Source of the DNA: Lophium mytilinum
Taxonomy: Eukaryota
Reading direction: 5' to 3'
Assembly: GCA_010093605.1 (NCBI GenBank)
Contig: MU004187.1
Coordinates: 434,001 to 498,000 of the forward strand
DNA length: 64,000 bases
Shown here: piece after piece, positions 37,293-50,347 of the stretch
Position numbering within the stretch: position 1 is the first letter of the stretch
Layout of the letters: every line of letters begins with the position of its first letter
Program-made: the position numbers and the translations under genes
The notes under the pieces: model-generated
The model's input: the letters and a program-made list of their open reading frames with translations, nothing else
What the model was told of the DNA's origin: nothing
The model's database searches: none

Positions 37293-37745
37293 GTTACAAA
37301 AAGTCACATTTCTAACGGCGTGAATAGCTTTTTACTACCCGCGGGGTGCACGCAACGTGCACGTATTATGACTATCTTTTCTTACGCGTTTTTCGCGACC
37401 CTCTAAATCGAGCCTATTGAATTAGGTTTAGAATAGGCCGCGGGAGTGCGCCTGTGGAAAGTTCACCTCCTTTGGTTATAAAGAATCACATTTCTAACCG
37501 TGTAAATTGATTCTTGGGAGACGGGGAGGGCACGCGGCGTGCACCTATTATAGGAGTTTCCTACTTTTTTTCCGCAACCTTCTAAATCGAGCCTGCGATT
37601 TAAGGTTCGAGGGAGGTCGTCGGGGTACCTCGATAGAGCTGCTGCCTTTTTCAGTTACAAAGAGTCGCATCTTGACCGTACTTTTTGGTAGACGCGGAGG
37701 GTATGTAAAGGGTACGTGGTGTGCACGTTTTGTAGTTGCTTTCCT
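37293..37745. repeat. Degenerate tandem repeat, unit about 180 bp, about 2.5 copies
   Basis: A GTTAYAAA...TCRCAT motif starts at 37293, 37475 and 37654. TCTAAATCGAGCCT occurs at 37402 and 37581, and GTGCAC is present in each unit. Confidence 0.8.
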
Positions 37746-38151
37746 ATAGAGAAGTAAAAGGAATGTAAAGGCCTATCGAGGTACCCCAAGCCGTCACAGG
37801 AATTGGCCAAACCTAGCTCTTAACTGACTCGATGCAGGCCTGCTTGCCGCTCCAGAATGTGATACAGATATGTATCTTCTCACTACAGAGAACTATTCCA
37901 GGAAGGTAGCTGAAGGTCCTCGCCGCGAATCATAATCCGGTTTTGGGACGATCAAGTGACCGTTGCTGTAGGTCACGTTGCCAATTCCTAGAAAAGCAAG
38001 GCGCAGCAAGGATGCTGGCGACGTCACATCAACACTTCAAAGTACAGGCACACTATCTCGCACCTTTCTTCTAACCTGTCTCTAACTCTTTACATCCTTC
38101 TTTCGAAACACATTCTCGCATCATAAAAGGCCACTCCACATGAAAAGAAAC

Positions 38152-39090
38152 ATGGCTCCAAACGACAATCCCAATGAGACTAGCCCCATGCTTGAGAGTG
38201 GAGAACGTGACACGAGGAAATCTGTGGTAGGTATACAACATGTCCAACGTACGTAGCATTTATTAACAAGGCATTTTTATCACTGCCCGCAGAAAACTTC
38301 ATTGTCACGAACCGCCTCTATCATCCACTTCTTTTTGGGCGGCATCGTCTCTCCGGATGCTGTGGCGTACGAGCCAATCGAGATTCTTCTCAATACCGAA
38401 GACGAAAAAGAGCGAGATGAATTAACGCGACAATGGCGCAACCATAAACTGGAAGAGTTGAACTTCGTTGGCATTGTGGTCAGTTGATGCTTCAATAACT
38501 ATCTTTCCTTCACTTCCTCTCAAGCTTCCTCATGTGGACGCTGTTCCATTCCTCCATCCACGATCTTTTCCATTTAAGCTCTTGACAACTCTACCTTCGT
38601 TTCTGAAGCCACCTAGTCTGCCCTCCTGGCCGGCGTCCTCACCTCCACCGGTTCTTGGCCCAACATCCTGCCCAACGGCGGCCCCAACCCCGTCTCCGTC
38701 CGCGCAACCTTCTACGCTGGCATTATCCTGGCACTCTTCAGCCTCCTAACATCCGCCTCCCAAACCATTCGCCTGCACCGCATGTCCGCGCACCGCGACG
38801 CCCCACTGCGCATCCGCCGACTACTCAGAGGGCCCCATGGCCACCCCCGAAAGGCGCAAATCTATGCGTGGCAGCTTCCAGTTGCGTTCCTGACGGCGGC
38901 GGTTGTTTGTATGGTTGTGGGCATGTTTATGCTTGTTTGGAGCGCGACGGCCGGGTGGAGGGAAGCAGGAGAGGAGGGCTGGTGGAATGAGAATTCTAAG
39001 ATGGCGGTTGCGTTTACCGTAGTGGCCGTGGCGAGCATTGGGGCGTTTTTGGCGGGGCATTACAGTTTGTATGAGGACGGGGAGGATTGA
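38152..39090 (+). CDS. Small multi-pass membrane protein of unknown function; introns at 38227-38292 and about 38479-38616
   Basis: In-frame splicing gives WRNHKLEELNFVGIVSALLAGVL...SW...YAWQLP with about four hydrophobic helices. Confidence 0.75.
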
Positions 39091-39096
39091 GCTGGT

Positions 39097-39178
39097 CAGT
39101 ACTCCGTCATCAGTCTGGGCACTCTAATTCGTTTCTTCTTGGCTCGGCTCTTGTTTACCGACACCACTGTGAGGGGTA
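39097..39178 (+). repeat. Dispersed repeat, copy E (diverged)
   Basis: CGACACCACTGTGAGGGGT core plus weaker upstream similarity (CAGTAC...GTCAT); begins a few bases after a stop codon. Confidence 0.65.
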
Positions 39179-39448
39179 GTTTGGCTACGCAGTAGCCAGT
39201 CAGTCGAGAGGCGGTCTAAGCTGCACTGCTTTAACTCGACGTCGGACTTGGGTTCTCGATTTTCTGCGGGGGCCCCAAATCGTGCCGAATAGCTTGCCCA
39301 GACATATGACTATCATTTTATGGGAGTATGATTGTTTGTGATTGCTGCGTCAATGGCGAATGCAACGGCTGAGGAACTCTTGAGGGCGGAAGTCCATACT
39401 AGAGAAGAGGCAGGTATAAAACAATGATCCCATGGTATATTGACTTCT

Positions 39449-41088
39449 TCACAGTGGAAGGACATTGGGAGCAGCGACTGTGCATATGTCTCTGACACCC
39501 CTCCTGGCACCCCATTTGCGAAGCGCTTCTTGTGCGGTGCTTCTCTGACTTTCGAAGGGAGACATCATGCACACGATCTTAGTCGGCAATATCATCGAGA
39601 AAGACCCGCCACTAAAGGAGCCGAGCAGTTCATGATAGGCAATCGAAGCTAGTACCGTATCTCCGTGTTGCGCTATTTGACGCTCATACATTCCCGGTAC
39701 TGTCGAAGCAGCCGTCAGATACGTCAAGGCGGCGATGTTTGCTGAATCATATTGAGCGGTATACGTTGCGCTGCATGAGTCCTGGAATATAACATGGTTA
39801 TGCAAAGGTGAGTAGTCCACCCCGAATAGTGGAGACGTCCTTTTCAATCGGCGTTCATAGTTTGGGTCGATGTATTGCTGATACTGCTGCCAGTACTGGT
39901 GGAGACATAGTAGTATGTGTTGAGCTTTGGAATTTAGATGAGTACGATATAGTTCCGATGCGACCGGATCGGTTCCCCGGAACCTTTGCATCTCGTTCCG
40001 GAGAGGAAGACAGCTAGGTATTTGAAGCATGAGACCCACTAACTCGTCGAACTCGCTTGGTGGCTGTAGCTCGAAAGGGATCGTATTCCACATATCCGTC
40101 GAGAAAATTGAAGGTTCTTCTAACGTCATAGAAACCGCGACCGCGCCGTGCCGTACGGAACGGAAAAGGCTGTGTAATAACCCGCTTTGGCATGCTTCCG
40201 GCCCTAGGATCTCGATCACCTTGACTGCTCCCTCAGAGTGTTGCAGCCATCCCAACGGCGTGGTCGAAATCATGGATTCGAAGGTGGAAAGAAGAATAGC
40301 AACACAGATTGCCGCGACCGAAGTGTCTCTTTCATCCCGGCCCACGCGCTCCAGCTCGAGGTTCTCTCGCTGGCTTTGGAGACTGGTTGAGTACCACCGG
40401 CATGCTTCGATTACGGTACTCTCGTCCTGGCAGATCCTGCCGTAGAAGGCCAGGGATGCGGCTCGCGTGGCGTATATCAACGTCGAGTTCTTGTGTCGCA
40501 TGGTTAGAAGCTCCTTCGACCAGGCGTGAAAGCCTTCTTTTTGCGATCCATTGAAAGCGAATGCGGAAAGGAAGTGACAGATATATAGTTGGTCGAACTG
40601 GTCGCCTCGATATGGTTGGTATGTGGTTGGCAATCGGAACCCTGCTTCGATATAAGGAGATAACCACGATATCGTGTCTTCCTGGAATGGGACCAGATTG
40701 GATGCGGTTTCATAAGGGTGACCTTCACTGAGACTCGACTGCGGCTCCGAGGCATCGCAGTGGTTTCGCTGCGTCTCGAAGACAACACTGCATGGCTGTT
40801 CTCGCTTCTGTTTCGCAGCTCCAGTTCCAGCCTTCTTGTTCCCGCTTTCCTTCCTTTTGTTTGGGTGCTCTGTAAAATCGGCGGTCATGTTGACGAAGAT
40901 CACACCTTGCTCTGCGCCTGGACACTTTACCCCCATGAGGAAACATTGCGAACACTCCGGGGTAGCCTCGTCGCACTGTCTTCCTGTTGGGCCCTTCGAC
41001 GATCAGGAATTAGACCGAGAGGAACTACCTTCACCCTGCGCTTCAAGCACACGTTGCAACCCTTACTCCTTAATGGATGGCGGCCCAT
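39449..41088 (-). CDS. Zn(II)2Cys6 fungal transcription factor
   Basis: After removing one short intron the N-terminus reads GCNVCLKRRVK|CDEATPECSQCFLMGVKCPG, followed by a fungal TF middle-homology-like region (WLQHSEG...GPE). Confidence 0.9.
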
Positions 41089-42082
41089 TCTCCACAGACA
41101 CAACGAGAAGAATAAACGCTTTCAAGTAACGAATAGGAACAAGTAACAAAAGACAAGTAACGATCCAGGTCGGTGTATCTACCGAATGAAGGTCGAACTA
41201 TACAGTATGTAGGATCCACAAACAACGAAGACTTCTACTTTCGATCTTTCCCCAGGGCGTCGTCCTTGATAAACCTACTGTCCTGCCTATTATTCAACCC
41301 TCTCGGTACCATCGCCTTCAGCTTATGTCGATCAACCTCACTATACCGCCGCAGTCACTCGCCCTTTACGTCCGTAAGCCGCACCACTGCAGCCACGCCC
41401 TCACCAAGCCACAAACAACCACTATGAGGCTAAATGAAAAATGGAAAACAAGCGGCGTAGACTCCGTTAGGGATGGCAGAAATGACTAAGTATAGGGCTG
41501 CTGACGATCCCTAGGATGCGACCCCTGTCGTGAGGTTTTCCCCTTCGAGAAGCACACCGCGCTAGCTTCTTTTGATGCGTAAACGCTATATACAGACACA
41601 ACAATACACCTTACATACCGTAACTATCAATAATACTCATCAGCAAGGTTTCGTAGTCCATGGTACGATCCTCACCATGTCCAGCTTGGCAAATCCACCG
41701 CGCTGAAGCTGATGTATACGACTGAGGTTGCTTACGGCCGCAAGCGAGTTTATAGACGGCCGTTAGATACCACCGGCCCAAAATGCTACGCTTTGCCAAG
41801 CCGTAGATCGTCAGCTATGCGCCTTGAGGGCGTAGCTATGTTAAGAAGTTCGTGCGGTGTTGGTGTTGCATAGGGACGTTTTGAGTTCAGCCGCATATGG
41901 ATTCAGAGCTTGGGTCTTTTCGTGTGGGTTTGATATATATCCTGCTCGTTGTTCGTTGTAGCATCCATCATCAGCCTTCAAATCGTCACTCCTCTTCTAG
42001 CAACATTCACTACTAGTCTGCCTTTTTCCAGCAGACTCGCGCTATAACTGTCTCTCATTGTCCACTTTAATTCGCGACCCAA

Positions 42083-43229
42083 ATGGCAAATGCCTCCATG
42101 CCCCTGGAGTGCACCGAAATCACACCCCAGTGCCCAGCGAACGGCTCTGGACTGAGCTACCCTCCAAATGTCGCCGCCAGCATCATTTCCCTCTACATAT
42201 TCGCGCTCTCCGTCCCAGCCCATGTGTTCCTTGGCTGGAAACACAAGACATGGACGTTCATGGCTGCTATGCTACTCGGGTCGTCATTCGAGGTTACCGG
42301 ATACCTGGGGCGAGCATTGCTGCATAGCAACCCTTACAAGCTTATCACGTGAGTTGTCCCCACGGCCCATCGATGGTGAGCAGGAAATGGAATGGGAAAG
42401 ACTGACAACGGACAGGTTTCTCATCCAAATCGTCACTCTTACCCAAGGCCCCTCATTCTACTCCGCCGGCATCTACCTCTGCCTATCCAGACTCGTCGTC
42501 GTCTACGGCGTCACCCTCTCTCGTGTCAAATCCATCACCTACACCCGCGTCTTCATCTTCTTCGACCTCATCTGCCTGTGCCTGCAAGGCGGCGGCGGCG
42601 GCGTTGCCTCCTCAGCCGACAACAACCAATCCATGATGGACCTCGGCAACAAACTCATGCTGGTCGGGTTGATCCTTCAAATCGTTTTTATGCTCTTTTT
42701 TGCCATCTGCTGTCTAGAATACTTCTGGCGCGTGCGCAAGAATCCTAGCCGGAAGAACCCGCAGTTTGCTAAGTTGCGGGCGAGCAGCAAGTTCAAGGGG
42801 TTCTTGGTGGCACTGTTTGGGTGCTACTGCGCGATCTTCACACGGTGTGTGTATCGGGTGGTTGAGTTGGGGGGTGGGTGGGATAATGCGCTGATGCGTA
42901 AAGAGGTTCCCTTCATCATTTCCGAATCGAGGTAAGCCATCCCACTCCTTGACTCCGTCCGAAATATAGGATCTGTGTACTAATTCGATATTTGTAGTAT
43001 GATGGTCATTGCCGCTTGGATCCTCATCGCTTTCCACCCCGGTCCTTGCTTCCAGGGCGCGTTCAATCTCCAGAACTACCAGCAGCTGCAGGACGAGCAC
43101 TCGAAGGAAGATATTTCTTTGATTGCGGGGAAACGTGGCGCGAGGAATCGGTCGGCGTCGGCGTCGGGGTATGGGGTTGATTTGAGGCCGGAGCCGTATG
43201 ACCCTGTGCGCGTTGGGCGGCCGTTTTGA
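42083..43229 (+). CDS. RTA1-like protein (lipid-translocating exporter family), two introns
   Basis: Motifs FEVTGYLGR, P.FYSAGIY..L.R, FIFFDLICLCLQGGGG, RCVYRVVEL.GGW and FHPG. Confidence 0.92.
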
Positions 43230-43577
43230 TTCAGATGGCAGACTTCCAGAGGACTTGGAGCAAAAGGCAGCCTGCATATGGAGAGGGGTGTATAGGAAAC
43301 AAATAGTTGCTGAGATCTCGGGGCCTAGACTTGTTTATTAGAGAAGATGAGATGCGCGTGCCAGAGATCGGGTCTGGTTCGGCGTTGGATGCAGGTGTGG
43401 TGTACAGTGACTTCCTCCTTGTCCTATATCCAAGCCTAGTTTTGGGGGTAATAACTGCATAGAAAGCACTTAGAAATATAGTTAATACTGAAATCGAAGA
43501 TAAGCCTCGCGATTTTGACGGACAGAAACCGAAAGTGACTAGGTGAGCGTAAATTCGAGGCCGTGGTGCCAATCGGG

Positions 43578-43697
43578 TACAGTACGAGGTCATAAACTTA
43601 GACGCGTGGATATCTCACAGCTCTGGCTCCACTCCTGCTCTCTCAACACCACTGTGAGGGGTGCCCCAAGTAGCAGGCGATAGCTTCATCAAAAGGC
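43578..43697 (+). repeat. Dispersed repeat, copy B
   Basis: Shares CGCGTGGATATCTCACAGCTCTG exactly with copy A, plus the ACACCACTGTG...GGGGTGCCCCA core. Confidence 0.85.
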
Positions 43698-44113
43698 TGC
43701 CTATTGTTTATCAAAATCCTGCCAGAAGCGAGTCCTCGTTGCGCAGAGACAATAGTGTAAAAGCTCGAACCCGACGGCTGACGACTCTTGTTCACCAGGC
43801 GTCGAAAGGGATTTAACAGATGGTTGTGTGGACGGTGTTGAGGATGGATGAAAGTAAGCTCAATAGACAGCACTAGGAGCCTGCTGATATAGACAGCTTC
43901 TGCAATTTCGGATAGAACAGCGTACACTCGGCAGAATTCGCGGCGAAACCTCCAACGTTCCTGCACTGGAACAATGGTTGGCCCCCGTATCTTGTTCCTG
44001 CAGGGTTGGATCCACCACGATGACGTGTGTCAAGGAGCAAACAGACTCTTCTTGTCATATCTTGTGGAGTGGCAATTACATGCACTGTCTGTTCTACACA
44101 ATCGAAGCAGAAA

Positions 44114-46260
<2,147 letters not shown>

Positions 46261-46931
46261 ATGACAGGTGTGAGAGGATGATGACCTGGACTAACGAGGA
46301 TGCTTTGAATAGAGATAGATATAGATAAAACGGCTTTTGAGAAAAAGAACAATCTTTTACAGTGTAGTATAATATGGTGGTGTGAACTCCCTAGTGAATT
46401 TAGGAGAGAAAATATTCTTTCCTCACCTACATGTACATTCTATTTCTAGCCCTTCTCTTAGGAAAGTTGCTGAACTCACTTGGTCGCGGACCAAATAGCT
46501 AAGTAAGCTCCCCGTGCCGTCTCCTTGCGAGACCCTTTCCTTTGCCAATATCGCCTGCTTAGGACGAAGGGTTCGACCCCCACAAGGGTAGGTCTTCATT
46601 TTGCGCTTTGCAATTGTTCGTTGGGCGAGGTGGGTGGGGCAGCCGCCTGCCAGGTGTCAGAGAGGGTGACTTGAGGGTGAATGTGACTATTTGGAGGCGG
46701 TAAAGGTGATGGGCCGTCGAGCTTCACCAGAGCAGAAAAGACGGGTCCAGTTGAGGTGGCACAGAGTTACCTTTGAAGTGCTATCGAGTTTCCCGTCACA
46801 AACTCACACGTCGCGCTATTACATTCGCTCGTGAAATTAGGTGGGGAATACGTAAGGTACCTAAGTTTGGGCACCCCTTGCAACTACTTGGGGTCCCCCG
46901 ATAGTCTTCTAGAATTCCGAATACAATATAA

Positions 46932-47076
46932 AGTTTAATGCAGCGGAGATCAGGCCATCTTTTGACAAAGCCATCACCTGCTACCTGGGGCACCCCTCAT
47001 AATGGTGTCGATTGAGCAAGATTGGAGCTAGAGCAGTGAGAACTCCACATCCCAAGTTTATGATCCACTACCGTAC
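46932..47076 (-). repeat. Dispersed repeat, copy C (inverted)
   Basis: The reverse complement reads ...TCATAAACTT...CTCACTGCTCTAGCTCCAATCTTGCTCAATCGACACCATTATGAGGGGTGCCCCAGGTAGCAGG...GTCAAAAG, matching copies A and B. Confidence 0.85.
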
Positions 47077-47489
47077 ATCTAAATGTTCTTTCCAAGGGAT
47101 GCCCTGGAGGCCGGGTGCATTGCTCCTTTTCTAAGAAGGGACACCATGTAAAAGTCCTTACTTGACCCTGTACGAGTGAGAGTAAGAGATAGATGGATTG
47201 ATGGTGAGCAGGCCAAGGCCTTGCATCTTGGATACACATCACGCAAAAGAAGAAAGGGCTGAGAGTCGGAATGTGACATCAAAAGAAGCTTCCATAGCTA
47301 CCATTCATGGACCTGAAAAGTCATATATACACCCACCAAACCACCGTTTCCGATATCCGAGGCCGAAGCCAACTCCCCTCTCTTGCCTTTAGATATCCCT
47401 AACTTCATCTCCAAAGCGCCATGAAAACACGAACCCCAGCGCCAGCGCCAATGCGATGCCAAGTCCAAATCGTCACATCAGTGACCAAA

Positions 47490-50154
47490 CTACTCGAAAT
47501 TATCATCCTTGAACCCCACCTCCTCGCCCTTCGCGCGGATCGGACTCAGTGGCCCAGCGTCCATCTGCACAGCCGGCACGACGCCGCCTATAAGGCTCTT
47601 TCGATGACTCCGGGGTGCGCTGTCGAGCGTCTCGCTGACCTCCTCCACCACCGCGGCCTCTTCTCCAACTTCACTTTCCAGCTCTTCTCCATCATGCCCG
47701 TGATATCTGAACTTCAAATAGACTATATCGTTGTACACCAGGTCTAGGAAATCTTGCATTCCCTTCAGCGGCATCACGGGAATAACCTCCTTCTCCCCTT
47801 CCTTGTCCATATCAGCAGTGGTGATCAGAGGTCGACGTGACGCATAGAATGCCTTCGCTCGCTCAAGATTCTTCTCAGCCTGCATAGGCTTCTCCACTTT
47901 GGTCCACTCGTCCGCAGCCAGCGCAGCCCACATGCCTGCCTTCCGCCGCCGGGACCCGAGCTTCATGCTGCCGACGCCCTGGCGAACAGCGTAGCACGCG
48001 CTGATGCGTTCTTGAAAGAGAGCCGTACCTACGCCTCCGACGAGCTTGGTGTTGGCGTCGATGATGCGCTGGCCCCAACGGGCCGCGTCATCGGCAGCAG
48101 AGGAGCCGCGGAGGCGGAGGAGCTCGAGGCCCAGCGCTGTACTACGGAGGGCGTGGTATGGGGATGACGAGCGGGTATTGTAGTTGTACAGCGCGGTCTC
48201 GAGCCAGTTATCGATGTTTTCGGTGCGGATTTTAGACGAGATGGGCTGGGTGCTCATGAGGGCAGAAAGGGCGGCCATTTCGTTGGCGGCAGCGTAATGG
48301 AGCACTGCCTGGTCGTTGTTGAAGTCGGTAATCAAGAGGGTGTAGGTTGACAGCGCGAGCTTGAAGTCTCGCAGCATAAAAGAGAAATCGGCTAGTTTCC
48401 GCATGAGTGCTTCGGGCGCCTCAGGCCGGTAAAACCCTTGGAGACTGTCATAGTTGGAGCTAGAAGAATTAGCGGTGGGTGATGAGGAAGTGCGGCTGGA
48501 GGAGAAGGGCGTCCAAGCGCGCTTTGAAAGAGACATGAAGCGGCCTGAGATGCCTCGCCGTCGAGAAGCAACATGTTCGTTCCATTGAGCGGCCATTCTT
48601 TCCATGTGAGGAATGATAGATTGGACGACCAATTCCCGGGTGAAGGTGCGTAAGGCGGTGACATCAGAGTCATAAAGATAAGGAGTAGGATCCTCAATGT
48701 CGTCTGTTGTCTCTGTCTAATCATTAGCGGAAAGTTAACCTTCAGAAGTTTTGCTTCCTACCTCGCTTTTCAATTTTCGCCAACTCTTCGGCAGCGGAGA
48801 TCCATTCACACTTAGGGTGTTCCACGCTATCATCATCCGAGGGAATGCAACGATTGGGCTTCAGTCTAAGAAGATGGCAGTGCAACCCGAAGTGCCGCTT
48901 CATCTGTTCGAAGAGGGTGTTGGACTTGGCAATATCTCCTTCCTCATCGTCATGAATGAGAACATAGTATCGGAGATACTCCTGGTGGACCCACTGCGGC
49001 AATCTGTGATCTCCCCCAGACGTCGAACTGTAAAGCCGTCGCAGTTCCTCTATCGGCGACGGATGCCGGGAACTAATGGCAAGGACACAGGACACTGGGT
49101 GGGAAAAGGTCTCGAAGGGGACTATGGGAATGCCGGATAGGGTTCTTTTAAGAAACAGGGTATAAAAGGGTGATTCCGAAGTCTCCGCTGGATGAGATGT
49201 GGCCTTATGATTCAAGTAGTCCTCGACCGGATTGTTGGAGTACTCTTCAGAGTACTGCAAATGCCGTTCTACAACCTCTTCGATTTGACCGAGATCTCCA
49301 CCGGTACGTATAGTGTGGGATGATGGCCGTGCACTCTCTCGATTGCCATTCGCTCCATCTGTGCTATTCCTCCCGGGTACTTGTTGTGGCCTGAAGCCAT
49401 CCGTGGGCGCCACGAAGCGTATCGCGAAATCGCCCCAAGCCCTAGTTACTCGTACACTGTCTATCATCGCAACCTTTCCGGGTATAGACTCTCCAAACGG
49501 CCTCAGCAGCTCCAGAAAGCCTCCAGAAAACCCTTTCTCATGCATGATATCGTCGACATCCTTCGAAGTATGCACGGCAACGTGAGGCGCAAACCCGCGC
49601 AATATGAGACTCCGCAGTTCGTCCGACCCACCAACCGGCGCATTCATGGGGGATTGTGAGCCATTTTGTCGTCCAGGAGAGAATACTGAGCCCGGAATTA
49701 CTGACGCAGTGGGGGTGGCAGACCCTGAGGATGGAAGGGACATGGAGGATCTTATGGTCGAGGCGTATAGTGAATGGAGGGAGGAGTTTGAACGTCGTGA
49801 GGGTAGAGCCGTGGATCTCCCCATGCCGGCGGGTGACTCTCCCCGCTTGGGCAGCCTTATTGATGCGGCCGAGTCGTACATGTCCGGGCTTCGAAAGGAA
49901 GAGGCATCTTGCGAGGGCGTCATGAGAGCCTCCCGCGAGAGTTCCAGATGTCGTGCTGGGTGCGCGCGAGGACCGGCGAGGTAGGGCTTCTCATGGACCG
50001 TGGAGGAGGTTTCGGAGGACCGCGAGTAGGTGTTTGGAAGGTGTATCAGTACTCCATCAGTGGGTATGCGTGGTCGAGGGGTATATAGCGATGCAGCTGG
50101 AAGTTCAAGTTCAGGTGGGACCGAGACCGAAGCCACATGTTCGCCGGGGGCCAT
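47490..50154 (-). CDS. TRS85: TRAPP III subunit Trs85/TRAPPC8; one intron at about 48714-48761
   Basis: Motifs ELLRPFG, ETFSHPV.CVLAISS, YLRYYVLIHD, MKRHFGLHCHLL, S.IP.MER...WN..VAS.RRG and RKLADFSFMLRD. Confidence 0.9.
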
Positions 50155-50347
50155 TGCGGAGGAACAAACAACCTCCAGAAAACATATTAAAGTTGAGAAC
50201 GTGTCTTTGCACCATCTCCGTCGAGGAAACGGCCTTGTATAGCAGGCAGTGTGCTGTCATTCATTCACCATCTGATTCATCAAACTTCCACTGGTGGTCA
50301 CCCTCACTGATCATAGAGATCCGACACCAAGCCAGGCACTCACCCGT

